In this document: positions 24,901 through 41,829 of the stretch, piece after piece | Position numbering within the stretch: position 1 is the stretch's first letter | Layout of the letters: every line of letters begins with the position of its first letter | NCBI GenBank assembly: GCA_002269645.1 | Contig: NIVC01000586.1 | Span: forward strand, 1-64,000 | Source: Macrostomum lignano | Taxonomy: Eukaryota | Reading direction: 5' to 3' | DNA: 64,000 bases | The notes under the pieces: model-generated | Databases searched by the model: none | What the model saw: only the letters and a program-made list of their open reading frames with translations | What the model was told of the DNA's origin: nothing | Made by a program: the position numbers and the translations under genes

Positions 24901-27900
24901 TATGGGGAATCCAACAGAATGTTCGACCTTGAGAAATATGGTGAATCCAACAGAATGTTTGACCTTAAGAAATACGGGGAATCCAACAGAATTTTCGACC
25001 TTGAGAAATATGGGGAATCCAACAGAATGTTTGACCTTGGGAAATATGGGGAATCCGACAAAATGTTTGACCTTGAAAAATATGGGGAATCCAACAGAAT
25101 GTTTGACCTTAAGAAATACGGGGAATCCAACAGAATTTTCGACCTTGAGAAATATGGGGAATCCAACAGAATGTTTGACCTTGAAAAATATGGGGAATCC
25201 AACAGAATGTTCGACTTGAGAAATATGGGGAATCCAACAGAATGTTCGACCTTGAGAAATATGGGTAATCCAACAAAATGTTTGAACTTGAGAAATATGG
25301 GGAATCCGACAGAACGTTCGACCTTGAAAAATATGGGGAATCCAATAAATGCACGACCTTGAGACAGGGGAATCCAGGGCGCACCGCATTTGCTAAGTTG
25401 GAGTGATAAATTTTCAACCTGTGAGCAGCTAACCAGGCAGCAACCATTTGCTCACTCAACCACTGGCAGGCAAGTGGCGTCAATAAACCAGGTCACCAGC
25501 AAAGTGCTGATGTCCAGCAGGAATTCGCACTCCAGGTTTCTCAACACGCTGTGCACTCATCAAACTACCGCTTTTACGTATTGCCCCCCCTTCGAGGCCG
25601 AATCATTGCTTGACCCGAATTCCTACTTCAATAACGTTGTTGACGAGGATTTTCAGTGGATTATCTTCGACATTGGCAGCCACAAGCACATCTCCCTGCT
25701 CAAGCTCTTCATCAATCGAATGGATTTGAGCGCCATGCGCTTCTTGGAGGTTTTCGTTCGCGGCGCTCCGCTGCCACACTGGCTGGTGGAGACCGACTTC
25801 CGCAGCAGCGACGGCGAGAAGGGACGGCGAACCGAATACTTCAGGAGGGCCACCATGGCCGAAAAAATGCTCTGGTGGCACTGCGAGGATCTCAAATTTC
25901 ATCACGGTGTGGTGAGATATCACAGGGGCTTGGATTAGTGAGTGAGGATTCGTGAGTGACTTCTTGAGTGACTTCATGAGAGAGCTCATGAGTGAGTTCA
26001 TGAGTGAGTTCATGAGTGAGTTCATGAGTGAGTTCATGAGTGAGTTCATGAGTGAGTTCATGAGTGAATTCATGAGTGAGTTTATGAGTGAGTTCATGAG
26101 TGAGGGTTAATGAGTGAGTTCATGAGTGAGGGTTAATGAGTGAGTTCATGAGTGAGCTCATGAGTGAGTTCATGAGTGAGGGTTCATGAGTGAGGGTTCA
26201 TGAGTGAGTTCATGAGTGAGCTCATGAGTGAGTTCATGAGTGAATTCATGAGTGAGTTTATGAGTGAGTTCATGAGTGAGGGTTAATGAGTGAGTTCATG
26301 AGTGAGTTCATGAGTGACTTCATGAGTGAGTTCATGAGTGACTTCATGAGTGAGTTCATGAGTGACTTCATGAGTGAGTTCATGAGTGACTTCATGAGTG
26401 AGTTCATGAGTGACTTCATGAGTGACTTCATGAGTGACTTCATGAGTGAGTTCAGGAGTGACTTCATGAGTGAGTTCATGAGTGAGTTCATGAGTGACTT
26501 CATGAGTGAGTTCTTGAGTGAGTTCATGAGTGAGTTCTTGAGCGGAGTGAGGGTTTATGAGTGAGATCATGAGTGAGTTCCTGAGTCAGTTCATGAGTGA
26601 GGGTTTATGAGTGAATTCATGAGTGAGTTAATGAGTGAGGTCATGAGTGAGTTCATGAGTGAGTTCATGAGTGAGGGTTCATGAGTGAGTTCCTGAGTCA
26701 GTTCATGAGTGAGGGTTCATGAGTGAATTCATGAGTGAGTTAATGAGTGAGGTCATGAGTGAGGTCATGAGTGAGTTCTTGGGTCAGTTCCTGAGTCAGT
26801 TCATGAGTGAGGATTTATGAGTGGATTCATGAGTGAGTTCATGAGTGAGGGTTCATGAGTGAGTTCATGAGTGACTTCATGAGTGAGTTCATGAGTGATT
26901 TCGTGAGTGAGTTCTTGAGTGAGTTCTTGAGTGAGTTCATGAGTGGGGGTTTAAGAGTGAGTTCATGAGTGAGTTCTTGAGTAGAGTGAGGGTTTATGAG
27001 TGAGATCATGAGTGAGATCATGAGTGAGATCATGAGTGAGTTCATGAGTGAGTTCATGAGTGAGTTCATGAGTGAGTTCATGAGTGAGTTCATGAGTGAG
27101 ATCATGAGTGAGTTCATGAGTGAGATCATGAGTGAGATCATGAGTGAGATCATGAGTGAGATCATGAGTGAGATCATGAGTGAGTTCATGAGTGAGTTCA
27201 TGAGTGAGTTCATGAGTGAGTTCATGAGTGAGTTCATGAGTGAGATCATGAGTGAGTTCATGAGTGAGATCATGAGTGAGTTCATGAGTGAGATCATGAG
27301 TGAGATCATGAGTGAGATCATGAGTGAGATCATGAGTGAGTTCATGAGTGAGATCATGAGTGAGTTCATGAGTGAGTTCATGAGTGAGTTCATGAGTGAG
27401 TTCATGAGTGAGTTCATGAGTGAGATCATGAGTGAGATCATGAGTGAGTTCATGAGTGAGTTCATGAGTGAGTTCATGAGTGAGATCATGAGTGAGATCA
27501 TGAGTGAGTTCATGAGTGAGTTCATGAGTGACCGAGGGCCCCGCGCCGCCTCCTCCCGCAGTCGTACATCTATTCCGAGTGCTGTCCCCACCAGCGCACT
27601 CGCTGGGTGATGATCCGAATGAAGGTCAACTCTGATTTGCTGGAGATGAAGTACATGATGGGCTTCGACTGGCTAAAGTTCCCCGAAATTAGCCGCATCT
27701 TAGTGACGAATCTGCAAGTATTCGAAACCTCGCTGGACATGATGAACTGCCTGACCATGCACCACCCTCCCATGGGCCCAGAGAACGCCGACTACTGGGA
27801 GGATTTGTACAGCTTTGACGGAAGTGTGAGCAGAGTGCCATCACTCCACAAGTTATAGAATTTTCACTCCATAAATGTCACTCGGCAACTGTCAGTCCGA

Positions 27901-29272
27901 AATTTCACCCGCAGTGACCGTCACTCCCTACTATCGCCCTCGCTCCCCCACCCTGCCACAGGGCCAGCCGCAGGAGCCGCCGGTGTTCACGCAGACGCAC
28001 CCGCAATTCACTCTGCCGCTCACCACGCACGACTCTGTGCACCCGGACGAGCGCTTCCTGCAGGAGGACTGGGACGTGGAAGCCTGCGGCGACTGGGAGA
28101 TCATGAAGGACACCACCATAGTGGGAGTACCAAGCAAGCTCAAGCTCACCATCTCTGAGGAGCATCCGCGAGGGCAAAGCTGCTACGAGTGGAAAGAAGG
28201 TTCGAGACGGAGTGACACCTCCCTGTACCTCTGATTCGGAGTGACACCTCCCTGTACCTCTGATTCGGAGTGACACCTCCCTGTACCTCTGATTCGGAGT
28301 GACACCTCCCTGTACCTCTGATTCGGAGTGACACCTCCCTGTACCTCTGATTCGGAGTGACACCTCCCTGTACCTCTGATTCGGAGTGACACCTCACTGT
28401 ACCTCTGATTCGGAGTGACACCTCACTGTACCTCTGATTCGGAGTGACACCTCCCTGTACCTCTGATTCGGAGTGACACCTCACTGTACCTCTGATTCGG
28501 AGTGACACCTCCCTGTACCTCTGATTCGGAGTGACACCTCACTGTACCTCTGATTCGGAGTGACACCTCACTGTACCTCTGATTCGGAGTGACACCCTAT
28601 TTCCCGTGTTGGTTGACAGTCTCAAGTTTTGACAGTCTAAAGTTGCGGGAGTGACAGACTGGAGTTGCGGGAGTGACAGACTGGAGTTGCGGGAGTGACA
28701 GACTGGAGTTGCGGGAGTGACAGTCTGGAGTTGCAGGAGTGACAGTCTGGAGTTGCGGGAGTGACAGACTGGAGTTGCGGGAGTGACAGACTGGAGTTGC
28801 GGGAGTGACAGACTGGAGTTGCGGGAGTGACAGTCTGGAGTTGCGGGAGTGACAGTCTGGAGTTGCGGGAGTGACAGCATCCTATCTCGCGCACTCCGCA
28901 GCCCTGGGCCCAATCAAAGACTCGAGCTGCAAGCGTGCGGTGTACTTCAGAGTGGACAACGACACTGGTGAGGTCATTCACTATCCCGACTTCGGCAGGT
29001 CCTACGGCCTAGCGGTGGACATGCAGAACTGCCAGTTTGTCTGCGCCGTTTCCAGGGAATGCAAAGCTTTCGAATTCTCGCAGAATTCCTTCTGCCGGCT
29101 GCATTTCATCAGCTACAGTCTGAACACGATGTACGCGTACGAGAGCGGCACCGTCTATGGCAGAAAGTCCGACACCATGACCACTTCGAACCCGTTCACG
29201 TGGAACAACCCGTACCACCCGTACTACCGAATGCTGCAGGACCTGCTGGAAGAGACCGGCTTCTTCCGTTAG
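21905..29272 (+). CDS. Secreted mosaic protein: signal peptide, TSP1-like, Kringle, WSC, F5/8 type C (discoidin)-like, PAN/Apple
   Basis: Exons 21905-22402, 22976-23456, 24273-24660, ~25368-25911, 27562-~27823, 27915-28199 and ~28902-29272. TSP1-like WCHW...TTCQKG..RWRRRQCNCPPP. Kringle DCFFHTGAMYTG...CLHW...NYCRNP...PWCF...WDYCEIKRC. WSC MNAEACFETC...RACQC. Discoidin-like QWIIFDIG...RWVMIR. PAN CQFVCAVSRECKAFEF...CRLH. Some junctions are approximate. Confidence 0.78.
22417..22918. repeat. 21-bp intronic minisatellite (gctaatctagcctatgggatt)
   Basis: Directly visible. Confidence 0.95.
23465..23860. repeat. 22-bp intronic minisatellite (gatgtcgctcagatgctgttta)
   Basis: Directly visible. Confidence 0.93.
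23970..24300. repeat. 40/41-bp repeat (8 copies) spanning the predicted intron-exon junction
   Basis: Unit actcccaccgcag|tgatgaatttacgcaggcacactccgc(c). Confidence 0.93.
24725..25345. repeat. ~36-bp intronic minisatellite (gaccttgagaaatatggggaatccaacagaatgttt)
   Basis: Period 36 (24746 to 24782). Confidence 0.93.
25938..27530. repeat. 12-bp intronic minisatellite (atgagtgagttc / atgagtgagatc)
   Basis: Directly visible. The same unit recurs at ~56632-56755. Confidence 0.96.
28208..28877. repeat. Two adjacent intronic minisatellites: 29 bp (ggagtgacacctccctgtacctctgattc, 28208-28598) and 22 bp (ggagttgcgggagtgacagact, 28645-28877)
   Basis: Directly visible. Confidence 0.95.
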
Positions 29273-29409
29273 ATATTCCCTAGCTGATGAGCACCGGGTG
29301 TTAGAGATGTTGGAAATCAAGTGTTAGATATCACATGTTATATTTGGATGCTTGACAACAATGTTAGACTTTGTTCATATGTTTCAATTTACAATTTACA
29401 ATCTGACAG

Positions 29410-29635
29410 ATATCAGATGTTAATATCAGATGTTAGATATCAGATGTTAGATATCAGATGTTAGATATCAGATGTTAGATATCAGATGTTACGAGCTAGA
29501 TATCAGATGTTAGATATCAGATGTTAGATATCAGATGTTAGATATCAGATGTTAGATATCAGATGTTAGATATCAGATGTTAGATATCAGGTGTTAGATA
29601 TCAGATGTTAGATTTGCAGTATTAGTTTCATGAAC
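29410..29635. repeat. 14-bp minisatellite (gttagatatcagat)
   Basis: Directly visible. Confidence 0.93.
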
Positions 29636-29914
29636 TTCAGTGTTAGATACCACAGATATAAAGTTAAGCTGGGATGTGCATGATGTTAATGCTGCTTTTG
29701 ATATCAAACACACTGATATCAAATATATATCAAAATAACTTTAACTTCGTTTCTTGCTTCCTGTAGCGACCAACCTAAAAGTTTGCATCACTTTTTGGAC
29801 TACTGGCAGTAGTGAGCAAGGCGTGTCTGGCATTTAAAAACCGTTGTGCAACTGCCTCACTTCGTAAAGATTAAAGAAATGAAATGAAGAAAATCGAAAT
29901 TCTTGATTGCTAAT

Positions 29915-30210
29915 CTGTTTGTGGCGCCGTTTGTGACGCTGTTTGTGGAGCCATCTGTGGCGCTGATTGTGGCGCTGTTTGTGGCGCTGTTTGTGGCGCT
30001 GTTTGTGGCGCTGCTGTTTGTGGCGCTGTTTATGGCGCTGTTTGTGGCGCTGTTTGTGGAGCCATCTGTGGCGCTGATTGTGGCACTGTTTGTGGCGCTG
30101 TTTGTGGCGCTGTTTGTGACGCTGTTTGCGGCGCTGTTTGTGGCGCCGTTTGTGGAACTGCTTGCAGCGCTGTTTGTGGCGCCGTTTGTGGAACTGCTTG
30201 CAGCGCTGTT
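29915..30210. repeat. 12-bp minisatellite (tttgtggcgctg)
   Basis: Directly visible. It generates the spurious (ALFV)n and (KQRH)n ORFs. Confidence 0.9.
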
Positions 30211-30279
30211 TGTGGTGGCTGTCACCGAAGCTCCAGCAGAAGACACCTGTGTCACGCAGAGAATCCCTGAGAGCCGGGA

Positions 30280-30370
30280 ATGCCCGACCAATGGGGTGCC
30301 GGGACCTGCTCTGCGCTGATTGGTCCGCGCCACTCTCCGCCGGAACTCTCGCCCCCATTTATCCGCTTGT
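30280..30370 (+). promoter_or_regulatory. Candidate proximal promoter of the Gfi1/senseless gene
   Basis: Two oppositely oriented CCAAT boxes (gaccaatg ~30286; gattggtc ~30319) in a GC-rich patch ~200 bp upstream of the predicted ATG. Inference only. Confidence 0.3.
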
Positions 30371-30513
30371 TTTATCCGCCTCTGAGCACCAGAAGGCTGC
30401 ACAACTTGGTTTAAAACTGTTGCTGTCGGGTCTCCCTCAAGCACTGCAGTAGACAAAGATCTCTTTAAACCCCTGTTCTTTTGTTAAGATTTGCTGCGAT
30501 AACTCCAGTGCCG

Positions 30514-36189
<5,676 letters not shown>

Positions 36190-37026
36190 AATGCGAAAAT
36201 TTAAAAAAAAAAATTTCATGTACATGAATTGGTGGACGCAGGTAGTTTTTGCAGGCAGTCAGACTTGCTGTGTGAATGTACTTTGCCTAAGTGCAACTTC
36301 GTAAATTAAATAAATGATGTTTAATTATTCAATGTATTTACGCGCATATTTGTTACAGTACGAGCGTATATGTAATTTTACATGACACATACTTTATCAA
36401 CCATACATTTGATTTGATTGTTATTGTTAACTAATTTCTACAATCTATTTTAGTAATCGAATCAAATGGTGTGTTTTATAACGTTATTAACGGTTTATTG
36501 AGTCTACTTACGATTTGGATATTTATTTGTTATACTAGTTGCAATTTGATTGTCATATTAGGGTGCCCGGTTAGAACTGGCGGCCTGTGTCAAAAAAGTA
36601 TTTTTCTCTAACTTCTGTTTTCTGATTAAAATTAAAATAACTTAATTATCTGAACTTATAGCCAGAATATATTTACTAAACTACTATAATAATTATTAAT
36701 TAAATTTTAAAGTTCGTCGTATCCTAAAATACTAGCTCTACTAGAATAAAAAATTAATAATTTATGATCATTATATGTTATAATACTCGAGAATGATGTA
36801 AAATAAAATTTATTTACAAATCAACTATTAAAAATTTCCCTGGTCAAATGCAGTAAACTTTAAACCACTATTCTGCCTATTCAATATACAATGCACCAAA
36901 AAACTAAACTTTTGTTTTAAATTAAATTTGTACATATAGCTATTAATTTAAAAAGTTTTTAGTAATTTCATTGAATAATTGTCACGAGCTTTTATTGTTG
37001 GTGACGGCTGTGACGAATTCAGACTT

Positions 37027-38197
37027 CAGTGGTGGATTTAGGGGGTGGGGGCGGAGGGCCCCTTGTGACTGCATGGCGATGATACAATGGCGCCCCTTTT
37101 CCTTTGCCCTAAAAAGGTTCTCAGCGCCCTCACTTTGCTATGTATGGCGCCTCTAGTGTATATTATGGCGCCCCTCTTGGGTACATTACGGCGTCCCTCC
37201 AGGGTACATTATGGCGCCCCTCTAGGGTACATTATGGCGCCCCTCCAGGGTACATTATGGCGCCCCTCTAGGGTTACATTATGGCACCCCTCTAGGGTAC
37301 ATTATGGCACCCCTCTAGGGTACATTATGGCACCCCTCTAGGGTACATTATGGCACCCCTCTAGGGTACATTATGGCACCCCTCTAGGGTACATTATGGC
37401 ACCCCTCTAGGGTACATTATGGCACCCCTCTAGGGTACATTATGGCACCCCTCTAGGGTACATTATGGCACCCCTCTAGGGTACATTATGGCACCCCTCT
37501 AGGGTACATTATGGCACCCCTCTAGGGTACATACTAGGGTACATCATGGCACCCCTCTAGGGTACATTATGGCACCCCTCTAGGGTACATCATGGCACCC
37601 CTCTAGGGTACATCATGGCACCCCTCTAGGGTACATTATGGCACCCCTCTAGGGTACATTATGGCACCCCTCTAGGGTACATCATGGCACCCCTCTAGGG
37701 TACATTATGGCACCCCTCTAGGGTACATTATGGCACCCCTCTAGGGTACATCATGGCACCCCTCTAGGGTACATCATGGCACCCCTCTAGGGTACATTAT
37801 GGCACCCCTCTAGGGTACATTATGGCACCCCTCTAGGGTACATACTAGGGTACATCATGGCACCCCTCTAGGGTACATTATGGCACCCCTCTAGGGTACA
37901 TCATGGCACCCCTCTAGGGTACATCATGGCACCCCTCTAGGGTACATTATGGCACCCCTCTAGGGTACATTATGGCACCCCTCTAGGGTACATCATGGCA
38001 CCCCTCTAGGGTACATTATGGCACCCCTCTAGGGTACATTATGGCACCCCTCTAGGGTACATCATGGCACCCCTCTAGGGTACATCATGGCACCCCTCTA
38101 GGGTACATTATGGCACCCCTCTAGGGTACATTATGGCACCATGATTCACTCATGATTCAAGTCCCCCCCTCATTTTATACATCTAAACCCGCCTCTG
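37027..38197. mobile_element. MITE-like element whose interior is a ~1-kb 23-bp tandem array (ggcacccctctagggtacattat, ~37130-38140)
   Basis: Ends CAGTGGTGGATTTAG and CTAAACCCGCCTCTG are inverted repeats (12/15). No convincing TSD. Confidence 0.55.
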
Positions 38198-41100
38198 GAC
38201 AAATTTGCCTAAGCCTGTAGAGTCATTTGCACCTGGCTGAGCTGAGATTCCCATCCAGTCTTCCAAGGCATCGGCTGCTGGTGTCCATGAAAGCCATCGA
38301 GTGAGCGCTTGGCTGAGCAGGAGGAATGAAAGCAGAGCTGGGCAATCAATGCCGCAGCCTCCGCCACTCCTGAGAGCTGAGCTGCAGTTCAGCAGGTGGG
38401 CCGGCCGCTTGAAAATCTTCAATCTGGGGGAAGGCGCGCGAGCGACCTGAAGCTGGAGGCAGCCGACTCCAAATCAATGCCAATCACTGGGCTGGCCGGG
38501 GCCGCGCTTTCAAAAAACCCTCTTGATCCAGGAGCTGAGCGGGAGGCTGCGGAGAGAGTGGGTGAGCCAGGATTGCGCCGTGGGGACTGGGGTCGGTCGG
38601 TGTTTAATTAGCATAATTTATTCATGCCCCAATCGGGACCGCTAAACAATTTCCAGTGGCAAGTAGCCTTTCCAAGAAACGTTGCCCCTTCTCTCCTCGC
38701 CGGGGGGGGGGCAAATTAGTCATTAAAATCTGCGCGGCAGGTAGCGAGCGAGCCGGACAGGCGGGCTCGCAAGTTAAGAATTATTGCGGCTAAATTATTA
38801 AAGATTGCAATTTTCCAGCGACCAGTTGAGTATCCGAAGTCCGAGGGGCGGCCAGATTTTCCTCTGCTTGAGCACACCTGTAGGGATCGGGTGTTTGCCT
38901 TCAATTTCGGGAGGCTGAAGCACTCCGCAGCTGAGATTTTCCTGCCTTCTTTTTCTCTTCTGGGATAGACGACATCGACGACAGGTTGGGCTGTTGCGAG
39001 AAGAATTATGGTTTTGCTGAAACTTGAAACAAAAACGGATACAACAGAATGTGAGAATGAGCTCTGCCTACCAGATCCACTGCCAATCAAATCAGAAATT
39101 CTCCCAGAGACTTTCAATACGGAAAAAAGAGAAAGTAGCAGACCGAATTTCGGCAATTCCCCAATTTTTTGCCCGAATCCATCAAATATCGACATTCACA
39201 TCGGTGGCTTTGGACTGGGGAGAGGGGAGAATCTTCCCTAATCATAAATTCATAATTCATAACTCACAGAGCAATTCTGATGGACACGTGCGGCATTCAA
39301 AACCTGTAGGCGGTGGAGAAAATCCCAAATCAAGATTTTTTTGCTTCCCCCCAAACCGCAGAAGAGGGCGGGGCGATGGGTGAGCAATTTGTTAAGAACA
39401 AAAACAAAGACTGAAGGAGTCACTCAGTGCCTCCGGAGCAGAGCATGGGGGAGATTAATGCCTCTCCCGCTTCCTGCATGTATCAGTTTTTTTTTCATCA
39501 AAAAATATCGGCTGCATTTTCGAGCCACTCCGCACCAGCAGGCTGCGCGCCCGGCTGCCCGCTCTTGACTGGCGACCTCCGCCGGCTTTTTTGTCAGCCG
39601 CGATCGCCAGAAGTTTCGGCGGGTTCGCGGGTTTCAGGGATAATTATTATAAGCAACAGCTGCCTCTCTGATCCCGTCTCCGCAACCCCCCCCCCCCCCC
39701 TACACACACACGCGATGAAGGGCAGTGAGTTAGCTTGCAGACTCTCCGCTCCATCCACGATGCTGGCGGAGCTGGGGTTGCTGCGCAGATGCGGGCACCC
39801 TGAGCTGATGAGGAAGAGATGCAGCCTTCGGTCGGCTTTATTGCTCATAGTCTGAGCCCATTGTTGATTGTCAGCAAGGTGAATTTTTACTGCCCGGAGG
39901 CTGCCTCAGTTGTCACCCCGGAGTCCTCCGTAGTTGGTTTTAGAGAACAACTGTTAGTGCTAGCACAGACAGTGGGAGGAGCACCCTCAGGTCATTATAT
40001 CAGTTTCATTGTTCGAGTATTCTATAGTAGTTTTTTTCATCCGTTTTGTTTGAAGCCTCCCAGAGATTGCTATCTGTCGCAGTCTTGTGCTTTGAAGAGG
40101 CGGTTAAAGCTGCGCGGGCGATTGTTTGTAAAGCTTTTGATACCGAGTCTGGATGAGGCGGGAGACAAGGGAGCTCTGACTGGACCAGTTCTTCTCAAAC
40201 TTTTGGCTCAAAAAGATTCCCGACAGACATATCGAAAAGTTGGATAAACAAACTGTTAGGTTACTCATTTTACGGGTAGTACAGTTATGGTAATATTTCT
40301 TGTGCATGTGTTTCAGAAAGTCGAGTGCGGAGGGCCTCTGCTGGACATGAATCGGCATTGTGCCTTCTGGCTTAGACAATCTCAGGGTGAAGGTGAGTAG
40401 GAAGTTCAGCAAAGGATGAGAGAGAGAGAGAGAGAGAGAGAGAGCTGGGAAACCTGGAAGCTTGGCCTCCCACTCACCGTGACAAGCCTAGGAACTTTGA
40501 GGAGTTGACTCTGCGAAAGGAAAAAGGGCCTGCAGACCCCCTAATTTGGGAATGAGGAGACTCAGCAGGGCCGCTCCTCTCAATTGTTGGATGCCTCTTG
40601 CCGGCGACAGCCGAGGCAACTTCTGCTTCAAGGAAAGAAGACTTCAGAAAAGGCTTCACCACACCAAGTGGCGGCGGTCAACAACAGAAAAAAAGCCAAA
40701 AAACCGCCGGAGCCCCCAGAAACAGAGGAGATGCGGGAGAAATGCTGGGGCCTCCTCCCGCCGCTTGTCTTTTGCCTCTGCTTTGCTTTGGGAATTTCTG
40801 GGGAGCTTACCCCCCCCCCCCCCTACAGACCCGCGCAGGTTTCTGCGCGCCATCATTTCGTTTTTATTTTGCTTTTTTTCTCTGCCCCAAAGTCTGCTTG
40901 CTCGTTCAGGCGGGCAGCAGCAGCCGCAACAATGGGGCTGCGGAGACAATCAGGGAGGCACAGGAGCAGCAGAAGCCACGGTCCCGCATGCGCCATCATC
41001 AACAAGTTTCTGTCAACCCCTCAGCTCTCAGCCTCCGCCAGGTGCGGATTAGAGATGGGGACGCAGCGAGGCGGATTATATGGCTTTGAGTTCTGCTCTG

Positions 41101-41480
41101 GGATGGGGGATCCCGCCACTGATATATAATAAAATCCCCAAACATTGGGCTTTAGGGATTTGTCAGAGTCCGGCACAGGTAGTGCGGGTGGCCCAGCAGC
41201 AGCAGCAGTTCATCTCCGGGTGTCCGGCCGGTCCTGGCTGAGGGTCGGCCATTCAAATCTGTTTCACGGAGGGCCCCGCGATGAGGCCGTGAATAATTCA
41301 TTTATCAGCTGCAGCCTCCACCCCGTCACCCCGCTGGGAGACACAGGTAGGAAAGCAGAGAGGGGACTCGCGCGATGAGATTTTGCATGTCCCAGTCATC
41401 CTCGCATCATCATCTGAGTTTCTGCAACAAGTTCGCCACACAGAAAGAAATTGCCAATTAAATTGCGAATCAGCTTGGGG

Positions 41481-41829
<349 letters not shown>

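Noticed and set aside
25603-27610. MSEF/MNSL-repeat ORFs
   Set aside because: 12-bp intronic minisatellite; the flanking exons join in phase without it.
28871-28901. Splice acceptor inside the last 22-bp repeat unit (28877)
   Set aside because: An in-phase acceptor with a better pyrimidine tract exists at 28900-28901, so this is not counted as a junction-spanning repeat.
29834-30456. Hydrophobic (ALFV)n 'membrane protein' and Thr/Asn/Ser-rich ORFs
   Set aside because: They derive from a 12-bp repeat upstream of the Gfi1 promoter region.
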